Below are positions 46,139 to 55,399 of a stretch of 64,000 nucleotides of DNA, piece after piece. Every line of letters begins with the position of its first letter. Position 1 is the stretch's first letter. A model generated the notes under the pieces. That model saw only the letters and a list, made by a program, of their open reading frames with translations. It did no database searches and was not told the origin of the DNA. This stretch comes from a candidate division WOR-3 bacterium (GTDB taxonomy: Bacteria > Hydrothermota > 32-111), in contig JBDRZU010000001.1 of NCBI GenBank assembly GCA_039804105.1, positions 96,001 to 160,000 on the forward strand, written 5' to 3'. The position numbers and the translations under genes are program-made.

Positions 46139-46646
46139 AATTTTTATAACAGAAGATGAGATCAAAAAAAAGATAGATGAATTAGCAAAGATTCTGAATG
46201 AAGAATACAAAGATAAAAAACCTGTCTTCATAGTTATTTTAAAAGGAGCTTTTATTTTTGCTGCCAATCTTATTACAAAATTGAATTTTCCTTTGAATGT
46301 TGATTTTATGATAATAAGTTCATATGAAGGTGAAAAAACGAGTTCCGGGAAGGTAAGGATCGAGGAGGACATCAGTATAGATATTGAAGGTAGAGATGTA
46401 GTTGTTGTTGAGGATATTATAGATACAGGTTTAACCTATAAACATTTAAAATTAAAACTTCTTGCAAACTCTCCAAAAAGTTTAAAACTGATCACACTTC
46501 TTGATAAAAAATGTAAGAGAAAAGTGGAAGAAAACCCTGATTATTCTTGTTTTGTTATAGATGACCATTTTGTTGTTGGTTATGGTCTTGATTACAAACA
46601 GATGTACAGAAATCTTCCATACATTGGGATCTTAAAGGAGGAATAA
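46119..46646 (+). CDS. hpt: Hypoxanthine phosphoribosyltransferase
   Basis: ILKGAFIF, SSY, VVEDIIDTG, LLDK, FVVGYGLDY and YRNLPYI motifs. Confidence 0.96.
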   Translation: MSKEYVEIFITEDEIKKKIDELAKILNEEYKDKKPVFIVILKGAFIFAANLITKLNFPLNVDFMIISSYEGEKTSSGKVRIEEDISIDIEGRDVVVVEDIIDTGLTYKHLKLKLLANSPKSLKLITLLDKKCKRKVEENPDYSCFVIDDHFVVGYGLDYKQMYRNLPYIGILKEE

Positions 46647-46650
46647 GTTT

Positions 46651-48522
46651 ATGAAGAAAAGGAACATAAAAAAAATATACAAAGGAAACGAAGATAAAGC
46701 GAAATGGACTATCTGGATAATAACACTTCTTCTTTTGCTTTTTTTACCAAACATAATAGGGATCTTCACTTCTCAGGTAAAACAGATAGATTATTCTACT
46801 TTTTATAATGAATTGATGAACGGAAAGATTAAAAGTGTTACGATTGTTGAGAGGAACATCTCTGGAGAATATAAAGATGGTGGACAGTTTAAAACCATTA
46901 TTCCTTATGATGATAATACTCTTGTTCAAAAGATGGTTGAACAGAATGTAAAGATAACTGTAAAAATCCCTTCAAATTTTTGGGGAGAAGTTTTACCTTA
47001 TGTGATTCCATTGATCACATTTTTTGTTCTCTTCTATTTCTTTACAAGATCGATTTCGAACAGTCAGAATCGTGCTTTTACTTTTGGACGATCAAACGCT
47101 GTGATGGTTTTAACACCAAAAGTTACTTTTAACGATGTTGCTGGTGCTAAAGAAGCAAAAGAAGAATTACAGGAGATAATAGATTTTTTAAAACATCCTG
47201 GGAAATATATCCGTTTGGGCGGAAGGATTCCAAAAGGAGTTTTACTTTTGGGTTCACCTGGAACAGGGAAAACATTGATGGCAAAAGCTGTTGCTGGTGA
47301 AGCGAAAGTTCCATTTTTTTCAATATCCGGATCAGATTTTGTTGAGATGTTTGTTGGAGTTGGGGCTTCAAGGGTAAGAGATCTATTTCAAAGAGCAAAA
47401 GCGAATTCCCCATGTATAGTTTTCATCGATGAGATAGATGCTGTTGGAAGACATAGAGGAGCAGGTATAGGTGGAGGTCATGATGAAAGAGAACAGACAT
47501 TGAACCAACTACTTGTTGAGATGGACGGATTTCAAACAGATGAAGCGGTGATAGTTATGGCTGCTACAAATAGACCTGACATACTCGATCCGGCACTTTT
47601 AAGACCTGGGAGGTTTGATCGAAGAATAGTAATCGATAGACCTGATGTAAAAGGAAGAGAGGAAATTTTTGTAATACATACAAGGAAGATTCCACTTGGA
47701 AAAGATGTTGATTTCTCAATTCTTGCAAAAGCGACACCTGGTTTTACAGGTGCTGATATTGCCAATATGGTAAATGAGGCAGCACTTCTTGCAGCAAGAA
47801 AAGATAAAAATGAAGTGAATATGGAAGAATTTGAAGAAGCGAAGGATAAAATTCTAATGGGACTTGCAAGAAAATCAGCTGTGATATCTGAGAGTGAGAG
47901 AAAAATAAGTGCATATCATGAATCAGGTCATGTTATCGTCTCAAAGAATTTGAAAAATGTTGATCCTGTATTCAAAGTTACAGTTATTCCAAGAGGAATG
48001 GCTTTGGGAGTAACACAGTTTTTACCAATTGATGATCGACATATGTATTCGAAAAATTATCTTCTTGATAATCTTGCTTCACTGCTTGGTGGAAGAGCCG
48101 CTGAGATCCTTGCTCTTGGTGATATCACAACAGGTGCAAGTAACGATATTGAAAAAGCAACTGAAATTGCTCATAAAATGGTTTGTGAATGGGGAATGAG
48201 TGAAAAGGTTGGAACAATACAATATGCAAATCCACATGACTCAATTTTCCTTGGTCGTGAGATAACTCAGAGGAAAGATTTTTCTGAGGAAACTGCGAGA
48301 TTGATTGATTCAGAGGTGAAAAAAATAGTTGATGAAGCGATGCAACGAGCACTCAATATACTTAAAGAAAATCTTGATAAATTGAACAAAATGGCGAACT
48401 ACCTTCTTGAAAGGGAAACACTCGATAGTGATGATATTGATAGAATAATGAAAGGTGAAGAACTTGAACCCTTGAAAAAGGATAATACCAAAAAAGAGGT
48501 AAAGAATGAAGAGGATGTCTAA
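46651..48522 (+). CDS. ftsH: ATP-dependent zinc metalloprotease FtsH
   Basis: Two TMs, [28 protein letters not shown]. Confidence 0.98.
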   Translation: MKKRNIKKIYKGNEDKAKWTIWIITLLLLLFLPNIIGIFTSQVKQIDYSTFYNELMNGKIKSVTIVERNISGEYKDGGQFKTIIPYDDNTLVQKMVEQNVKITVKIPSNFWGEVLPYVIPLITFFVLFYFFTRSISNSQNRAFTFGRSNAVMVLTPKVTFNDVAGAKEAKEELQEIIDFLKHPGKYIRLGGRIPKGVLLLGSPGTGKTLMAKAVAGEAKVPFFSISGSDFVEMFVGVGASRVRDLFQRAKANSPCIVFIDEIDAVGRHRGAGIGGGHDEREQTLNQLLVEMDGFQTDEAVIVMAATNRPDILDPALLRPGRFDRRIVIDRPDVKGREEIFVIHTRKIPLGKDVDFSILAKATPGFTGADIANMVNEAALLAARKDKNEVNMEEFEEAKDKILMGLARKSAVISESERKISAYHESGHVIVSKNLKNVDPVFKVTVIPRGMALGVTQFLPIDDRHMYSKNYLLDNLASLLGGRAAEILALGDITTGASNDIEKATEIAHKMVCEWGMSEKVGTIQYANPHDSIFLGREITQRKDFSEETARLIDSEVKKIVDEAMQRALNILKENLDKLNKMANYLLERETLDSDDIDRIMKGEELEPLKKDNTKKEVKNEEDV

Positions 48523-49096
48523 AAGAAGTATAGATTTGAAAAAGATAGAAAAAGGTGTTCAACTTATTATTGATGCACTTGGGGAAAAGATAAACAAGGA
48601 TGGAATGAAGGATACTCCAAGACGAGTTGCTTTGATGTATGAGGAAATATTTTCAGGTTTATTCAAAGATGTCAATAAAGAGATTAAACTTATAGAAACT
48701 AAAAATCAGGATGAGATGATCGTGTTAAGATATATTCCTTTTTTTTCAATGTGCGAGCACCATCTTCTACCTTTTTTCGGGTATGTTCATATTGCATACA
48801 TACCTGCTAATAATAAGATAACCGGTTTTTCAAATCTGTTGGAAGTGGTTGATACGATTTCCAAAAGACCACAGATACAAGAAAGAATGACGACTGATAT
48901 CGCTGATACTCTGAACAAACTTTTAAAACCAATGGGGATTTTGGTTATTGTTGAAGCACAACAGATGTGTCTTTACATGAGAGGGATAAAAAAACCTGGA
49001 GTTTATACAACAACGAGTGCTATAAGAGGTGTTATGAAAAAACCGATAACAAGGGAAGAAGCATTAAATCTCATAAAAGCAGGTGAAAATAGATGA
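48506..49096 (+). CDS. folE: GTP cyclohydrolase I (atypical active-site residues)
   Basis: DTPRRVA, SMCEHHLLPF, RPQIQE, C..MRG; lies upstream of folP. Confidence 0.9.
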   Translation: MKRMSKRSIDLKKIEKGVQLIIDALGEKINKDGMKDTPRRVALMYEEIFSGLFKDVNKEIKLIETKNQDEMIVLRYIPFFSMCEHHLLPFFGYVHIAYIPANNKITGFSNLLEVVDTISKRPQIQERMTTDIADTLNKLLKPMGILVIVEAQQMCLYMRGIKKPGVYTTTSAIRGVMKKPITREEALNLIKAGENR

Positions 49097-50277
49097 AAAT
49101 ATATATTTTGAAAAAGAATAAAAAAAGTTTTAAGGAGTGGATCGAAAAAACAAAATGTGATCCTTATTCTGTTGAATTGATGGAAAAAAAAACATATTCA
49201 TACATTATTTTTTTTAAAGATGCAAGAATAGAATTTGCAAACATTTTAAAGCAGACAGCACTTTCTGTCGGTTGTGATTGCTCAATCGCAAAAGATGTGA
49301 TTTCAGGTAAAACTGACAGTTCTAATATTTTACTTTCTGCTACACTCTCTCAAATTTTCAAGATGAAAGATAAATTGAAAGGACAACCGTTTTCACTCGA
49401 GAAAAGTATGAATCAAATTATTGAACTTATAGAGTACAAAGATTGCTTTTTTGTTGATGATAAAGATTTACTATCTCAAAAAAATTTTCTGATCATGGGG
49501 ATTTTAAATTTAACACCCGATTCTTTTTACGATGGAGGGAAATTTAATAATATTGAAAAAGCGTTGATAAGAGTTGAACAGATGATCGAGGAGGGCGTTG
49601 ACATTATAGATGTTGGTGGACAATCAACAAGACCTTTCAGTGAACCGGTAAGTGTTGATGAGGAGATAGAAAGGGTTATGCCTATCATTGAAAATGTTTT
49701 AAAAAGGTTTCCCGAGCTTCTGCTTTCTATAGATACATATAACTCAAAGACAGCATCCTGTGCTTTATCAGCAGGAGTAAAGATAGTAAACGATATAAGT
49801 GGTTTAAATTTTGATCCTGAGATGAAAAATGTTATTGCAAATAAAAATTCATCTGTGATTTTAATGCATATAAAGGGGACCCCAAAAGATATGCAGGTAA
49901 ATCCAGAATATGAAGATCTTCTGCTTGAAATAGTTGAGTATCTTGAAAAAAGTGTTGAAAATGCTGTTTCTTCAGGTGTTGATCCATTAAAGATCTCTGT
50001 TGATCCTGGTATCGGTTTTGGGAAAACTGTTCAAGATAATCTGAAAATTTTGAATAATCTTGAAATTTTTAAGTCCTTAAAAAAGCCTATAACACTTGGA
50101 GTTTCAAACAAAAGTTTCATAGGAAAAATTTTAAACAGAGAAACACAAGAAAGATTATACGGAACAGTTGGAGCAAATGTTTCTGGTTTTTTTAATGGTG
50201 CAAAAATTTTCAGAGTTCACAATGTTAAAGAAAATTATGATGCTCTAAAAATTGCATCGGAGGTTTTGTGTCACTAA
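49093..50277 (+). CDS. folP: Dihydropteroate synthase with ~130-aa N-terminal extension
   Basis: IMGILNLTPDSFYDGG, GGQSTRP, SIDT, NDISG, DPGIGFGK, GVSNKS, RVHNV. Confidence 0.95.
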   Translation: MKIYILKKNKKSFKEWIEKTKCDPYSVELMEKKTYSYIIFFKDARIEFANILKQTALSVGCDCSIAKDVISGKTDSSNILLSATLSQIFKMKDKLKGQPFSLEKSMNQIIELIEYKDCFFVDDKDLLSQKNFLIMGILNLTPDSFYDGGKFNNIEKALIRVEQMIEEGVDIIDVGGQSTRPFSEPVSVDEEIERVMPIIENVLKRFPELLLSIDTYNSKTASCALSAGVKIVNDISGLNFDPEMKNVIANKNSSVILMHIKGTPKDMQVNPEYEDLLLEIVEYLEKSVENAVSSGVDPLKISVDPGIGFGKTVQDNLKILNNLEIFKSLKKPITLGVSNKSFIGKILNRETQERLYGTVGANVSGFFNGAKIFRVHNVKENYDALKIASEVLCH

Positions 50278-51011
50278 TAAAAATCAATATCCTGGATATA
50301 TTGGACATCATCATAGTTTCAACCATTGTTTACCAAGCATTAAGATTTTTAAAAGGCACAAGAGCTGTCCAGATGTTTATTGGAATATTCCTGATCTTTC
50401 TTGTAACATTTGTTTCCGATATTTTAAACTTTCGAGGTTTAACTTGGATATTAAATGGTCTTAAATCGATATGGATAATATTTTTCATAGTTGTTTTTCA
50501 ACCTGAAATCAGAAGGGTTCTTACGATATTAGGTAAATCGAAATTTGTGAGATATTTTATAAAAGAGGAGAGAAAAACTTATATAGATGAAATAGTTAAG
50601 AGTGTCCAAAAACTTGTTGATAGAGGGCTTGGTGGATTAATAGTTCTTGAAGGCGATGTTGGACTTAAACATTTTTATGAAACTGGAACAGGTTTAAACT
50701 CTGCGATAAATTCTGATCTTATAGTTTCAATTTTTTCTCCAAAATCTCCACTCCATGATGGTGCATTGATAATTAAAGATGAAAGGATAGTTGCTGCATC
50801 CGCTATTTTACCTTTATCTGAAAATCCGATACAGGGAGTAACTCTTGGAACAAGACATAGAGCTGCTTTAGGACTTTCAGAGGAAACAGATGCACTTGTA
50901 ATAGTTATATCAGAGGAAAGAAGAATGATTTCGATTGCCGAAAAAGGAGTTTTGAAAAGAGATGTTGATTCACAAACCCTTGAAAAAGAGATTTCGAGAT
51001 TTTATCTTTAA
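50268..51011 (+). CDS. cdaA: Diadenylate cyclase CdaA/DacA
   Basis: Three TMs, FQPEIRR, PLHDGA, GTRHRAALG, SEE; GTG start. Confidence 0.95.
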   Translation: MSLIKINILDILDIIIVSTIVYQALRFLKGTRAVQMFIGIFLIFLVTFVSDILNFRGLTWILNGLKSIWIIFFIVVFQPEIRRVLTILGKSKFVRYFIKEERKTYIDEIVKSVQKLVDRGLGGLIVLEGDVGLKHFYETGTGLNSAINSDLIVSIFSPKSPLHDGALIIKDERIVAASAILPLSENPIQGVTLGTRHRAALGLSEETDALVIVISEERRMISIAEKGVLKRDVDSQTLEKEISRFYL

Positions 51012-51816
51012 AATTCTTCTTATCTCTTTTGTGTTCATAAAGATTTTTTCATTTGAGAACAACAGTGATAAAAATTTTGATGATACTATAACTGTTTTCA
51101 ACAATCAATATTTTTCAGATGTTTTGAAAATTGCGGTTCCAACAATTGTTGTTGGAGGAGTTATTCTTATATCTCTTAACAAAGATTTGAGATGGTATTT
51201 TGCTGATCGATGGACAAGGTTCACAAGCCCAAACCATGCTGATCCTTCACAAGCAAGAGATTTTTACTTTAAACCATTGTCAGAAGAGATCGCACAGGAA
51301 ACACAGTGTGATAAAGGTGTTCATTTTATTTTTTCTTATCTTCCCGTTTTACCTCTTGCAACACTATTTGATAGATCTTATAACATTATGACAACAGGCA
51401 AAATTCCTAAAAAAATTTCAAATTGGTCTGTTATTCTTTCTTCTTCAGTTGTAGTAGGATTTGGAGTACTTGAAGAGTATATGGATGGTCATCAAAAAGG
51501 AGAGGGCTTTAGTGTTTATGATCTTACTGCAAACATTTTGGGAGTTTTTAACGCATTACTCAAACATTATGGATACCTTGAAAATGTAGCTTTTTATTGG
51601 TCTTTCAATAGAGAAATGTTTCGAAACTCAGAATATTATACAAAATGGCCATGGTGGATATATATGGCTGGATATGAATTTTATGTTAACATTGATATTT
51701 ATCCATTTATAGAAAAAAATCTTGTGAAAAAAGATAAAATGCTTTATAATCTTGTTGAAACTATAGGTTATTTACCTGATTTTAAAGGTTTTTGGGAATT
51801 AAGGTTTGAAAGATAA
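50962..51816 (+). CDS. YfiM/DUF2279-like membrane protein (VanZ-like motifs)
   Basis: DKGVHF, EEYMDG and GFSVYDLTANILG motifs. The start is uncertain (TTG 50962 or 50980) and overlaps cdaA. Confidence 0.6.
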   Translation: MLIHKPLKKRFRDFIFKILLISFVFIKIFSFENNSDKNFDDTITVFNNQYFSDVLKIAVPTIVVGGVILISLNKDLRWYFADRWTRFTSPNHADPSQARDFYFKPLSEEIAQETQCDKGVHFIFSYLPVLPLATLFDRSYNIMTTGKIPKKISNWSVILSSSVVVGFGVLEEYMDGHQKGEGFSVYDLTANILGVFNALLKHYGYLENVAFYWSFNREMFRNSEYYTKWPWWIYMAGYEFYVNIDIYPFIEKNLVKKDKMLYNLVETIGYLPDFKGFWELRFER

Positions 51817-51831
51817 AATATAGGAGGATGG

Positions 51832-54534
51832 ATGAAAAAATTTGATTATCTTTTAGGAGTTCTACTCTTTATAATTGTTTTATCGGTTTATCTTTATACA
51901 GTAACTCCAACACTTCCATTCTGGGATTGTGGAGAATTTATTTCCTGCTCGTACTCGTTGGGTGTCCCCCATCCCCCAGGAACTCCTTTGATGATACTTC
52001 TTGGAAATATGATCATAAGAATACTATTTTTTGTGAAAGAAGTTGCCTTAAGGGTTAACCTTTTTTCTTCGATTTCAAGTGCACTCGCATCTGTTTTTCT
52101 TTTCTTTATAATATTAAAGGTCTTCAGAAGAATTGAAACTTTCAAAGATGAAAAATGGAATTATATTTCTGCTTTTTTCTCTTCTCTTTTTGCTTCCTTT
52201 ATATATTCATTCTGGCAATCAGCTGTTGAGGCGGAAGTTTATAACCCTGCTGTTTTAATGATACTGATTTCAATTTTCCTGTGTCTTGTTTGGTGGGATA
52301 AAATAGATGACAAAAATGATGATAGGTATGTGATGCTTGTAATCTATATAACTTTACTTTCTATAGGTATCCATATGCTTTCACTTCTCGCCTTACCTGC
52401 TGCTTTGATATTTTTTATTGTTGTTGCATGGAGAAAATATTATGATCTTTCTGTTTCGCTTATATCTTTTGGTGTATTGTTTTCGTTCCTTTATCTTGCT
52501 GTCACAAAAGAAAATTTGGTTCTGCTGATAGTTGGTTTATTCTTATCGATCATTACAGTTGTTCTCATAGATTCTTTCAATTCTCAAAGAAGGGTAAACT
52601 ATAAAAAAGTTTTCTCATACCTTGGAATATACACATTTTTAATTCTGATTGCAGTATCAACCTATGCTGTTTTGATAATAAGGGCGAAACAAAACCCTTA
52701 TATAAATATAGCAGCACCTGTGACGATGAGAGATCTGTGGGATGTTTTCAACAGAAAGCAGTACGGACCAATGAATCTTTTACCAAGAAAAACTGATTAT
52801 GGTATAGGAACGATTCCTGCATATATTGAGCAGATCAAAGTTTTTATAAGATATTATACCTGGCAATTTTCGCCAATATATAGGCCCGAAGAAGTTTTAA
52901 ATCCATCTGTCCTATTAAAAATTCTCTCATCACTTTTAGTTTCAATAACCACGATCATAGGGTTTTATGGTATATATGTTCACTATAAAAACGAGAAAAA
53001 AACCTTCATACTCATAGGTATAGTTTTACTTCTTCTTTCTTTTGGACTCATAACATATCTAAATCTGAAATATTCACCATCGGATCCGAATCCTCTACAT
53101 GTTGAGAAAGAGGTCAGAGAAAGGGATTATTTTTATGGCCCTTCCTATTTCTTATTTTTCTTTTTCTTCGCTTTTGGAATAAGAGAATTTTTTGAAAGAA
53201 CAAAAAACAGTAAAAATCGCATTAACTTTACATCAATATTTTTGATCATCTTTCTTGTTGTAATCTCTATTTCACCAATTTTTGCAAACATAAGGTCAAA
53301 TGCAAATAGGAGAAACAATTGGATTGCAGATGAATATGCGAAAAATATGCTTGATACACCAAGGGATAATGCTGTGATGTTTACAAATGGTGATAATGAT
53401 ACATATCCGCTCTGGTTTGAACAGGTTGTTAGAAATTATAGAACACTTGACCGAAAGAATCGTAAAGGTGTTATGGTATGTAACCTTTCACTTTTAAATA
53501 CTCCATGGTATATAAAACAGATGAAATCTTTTGGAGTTCCTATCAGTTTTACAGATGAAGAGATAGATAATCTTATGCCTGTCAGGATACCAAATGGAGA
53601 AATACTCTATGTTAGGGATCTTGCAATAAGAAATATGATTTGTACAACATCTGGAATAAAATGTACAAAAGATATTCTTTACTCAAGCACAGAGGAATTT
53701 AAAAAAAAGGTTCTTGATAATTACAAGGCCGATTCTATAGAAATATATTTTTCGGTTACAGTTTCAGATGATGCGAGAAATGCATACAAGCAGAATTCTG
53801 TTCTTGAAGGTTTAGCATACAGAATAGTTTCTACCGAAGAAGCAAAGAAATATCCTTATATGATAGATGTTGAAAGAACAAAACATAATATATATAACGT
53901 TTATAAATACAGATATATTCTTGATGAAAAAATTGTTAAAGATGATAACATAGATAGAATAATGACAAACTATGCTGCTGGATTTTTGCAGCTTGGAATA
54001 TACTATGCACAGATAGATTCACTTGAAAAATCAATTGAATATTTAAGAGAGGGCAGAAAATTTTATGTTTATGACAGAAACGCTGTTACCTTACAGATAA
54101 CAAGATTTCTTATGGATCTAGGGAAATATGAAGAGGCTGAGAAAGAGATAATATATGGTAAATCACTTGATAAAAAAGGAGAAAAGACACAGATATTCGA
54201 TTTTCTACTCGGACAGATATACTTGAAATTGAACGATTATCAAAAATCCTTGGAATTGTTCAAAAAGTATGTTGATTCTGATCCAAAAAATGCGATGTTT
54301 TTATCTGGTCTTATAAAAGTATATTATAAACAAGGGGATAATGCAAATTTTGAAAAGATCGTTCAGACTTTAAAAACCGATTTACAACTTCTCGGGAATA
54401 TCATAGGATTCTTTTATATGGAAAAAGAGGAACCTGAAATTTTAAACAGATTACTTGATCTATGGGATATTATAAAACCCGGTGATGAGCAGATACAGCA
54501 GATAAGAGAAGAGATAAAAACATGGGCGAAATAA
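51832..54534 (+). CDS. DUF2723 / TMEM260-like GT-C glycosyltransferase with C-terminal TPRs
   Basis: YLYTVTPTLPFWDCGEF...GVPHPPGTPL, WQSAVEAEVY, RKQYG, RERDYFY, FTNGDNDTYPLW; more than 10 TMs; AGGAGG SD. Confidence 0.9.
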   Translation: MKKFDYLLGVLLFIIVLSVYLYTVTPTLPFWDCGEFISCSYSLGVPHPPGTPLMILLGNMIIRILFFVKEVALRVNLFSSISSALASVFLFFIILKVFRRIETFKDEKWNYISAFFSSLFASFIYSFWQSAVEAEVYNPAVLMILISIFLCLVWWDKIDDKNDDRYVMLVIYITLLSIGIHMLSLLALPAALIFFIVVAWRKYYDLSVSLISFGVLFSFLYLAVTKENLVLLIVGLFLSIITVVLIDSFNSQRRVNYKKVFSYLGIYTFLILIAVSTYAVLIIRAKQNPYINIAAPVTMRDLWDVFNRKQYGPMNLLPRKTDYGIGTIPAYIEQIKVFIRYYTWQFSPIYRPEEVLNPSVLLKILSSLLVSITTIIGFYGIYVHYKNEKKTFILIGIVLLLLSFGLITYLNLKYSPSDPNPLHVEKEVRERDYFYGPSYFLFFFFFAFGIREFFERTKNSKNRINFTSIFLIIFLVVISISPIFANIRSNANRRNNWIADEYAKNMLDTPRDNAVMFTNGDNDTYPLWFEQVVRNYRTLDRKNRKGVMVCNLSLLNTPWYIKQMKSFGVPISFTDEEIDNLMPVRIPNGEILYVRDLAIRNMICTTSGIKCTKDILYSSTEEFKKKVLDNYKADSIEIYFSVTVSDDARNAYKQNSVLEGLAYRIVSTEEAKKYPYMIDVERTKHNIYNVYKYRYILDEKIVKDDNIDRIMTNYAAGFLQLGIYYAQIDSLEKSIEYLREGRKFYVYDRNAVTLQITRFLMDLGKYEEAEKEIIYGKSLDKKGEKTQIFDFLLGQIYLKLNDYQKSLELFKKYVDSDPKNAMFLSGLIKVYYKQGDNANFEKIVQTLKTDLQLLGNIIGFFYMEKEEPEILNRLLDLWDIIKPGDEQIQQIREEIKTWAK

Positions 54535-54565
54535 AAACACATTAACCTGTGAAAAGGTAAAATAT

Positions 54566-55399
54566 ATGCCATTTTTAGGTGCACACCTATCAGTTTCTGA
54601 AGGTTTTTTAAAAATGTTTAAAACCGCTGATATGATCAAATGTTCAGCGGTTCAAATATTTGCTAAAAATCAGAGAAGATGGGAAAGTAAATTTTTTGAT
54701 TTAGAGGAAATAGATGATTTCAAGAAGGGCTTCAATTCTTCTAATGTCAAATATGTGAATATTCACGCTTCTTACCTTTTAAACCTTGCATCAAAAGATA
54801 AAGAGATTTTCAAAAAGAGTATAGATAATCTAATTGATGATCTCAAAAGGGCAGAGAAACTAAAAATAGATGATGTTGTTTTCCATCCAGGTAACCATCT
54901 TGGTGAAGGGGAAGAATACGGGATAAAAAGAGTTGCAGAAGGACTTAATATTGTATGTGAAAAGACCGATTTTGGGAACATACTCCTTGAAACGACAGCA
55001 GGACAGGGGAGTTCGATAGGGTACAGATTCGAACATTTAAGAGATATAATTGCAAAAACAAAGTATGAAAAGAGGTTGTTTGTCTGTTATGATACATGTC
55101 ATACTTTTGAAGCAGGTTATGATATCAGAGAAAAGGATGTCTTTGAAAAAACATTTGAATCTTTTGATAGAATAATAGGCCTGAAAAAATTAAAATTGTT
55201 CCATTTAAACGATTCTAAATATGATCTCAATATGAAAAAGGATAGACATGAATTCATCGGAAAAGGATTTTTAGGATTAAAATCTTTTGAAATACTTTTG
55301 AAAGATAAAAGGTTTAAATATCATCCGATGATTCTTGAAGTCCCGGGTGATGTTTCAGATTATGAGCACGATTTAAAAATTTTGTATTCTCTGTTATGA
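54566..55399 (+). CDS. nfo: Endonuclease IV
   Basis: GAHLS, HASYLLNL, FHPG, ETTAGQG, DTCH, HLNDSK and DRHE motifs. Confidence 0.96.
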   Translation: MPFLGAHLSVSEGFLKMFKTADMIKCSAVQIFAKNQRRWESKFFDLEEIDDFKKGFNSSNVKYVNIHASYLLNLASKDKEIFKKSIDNLIDDLKRAEKLKIDDVVFHPGNHLGEGEEYGIKRVAEGLNIVCEKTDFGNILLETTAGQGSSIGYRFEHLRDIIAKTKYEKRLFVCYDTCHTFEAGYDIREKDVFEKTFESFDRIIGLKKLKLFHLNDSKYDLNMKKDRHEFIGKGFLGLKSFEILLKDKRFKYHPMILEVPGDVSDYEHDLKILYSLL

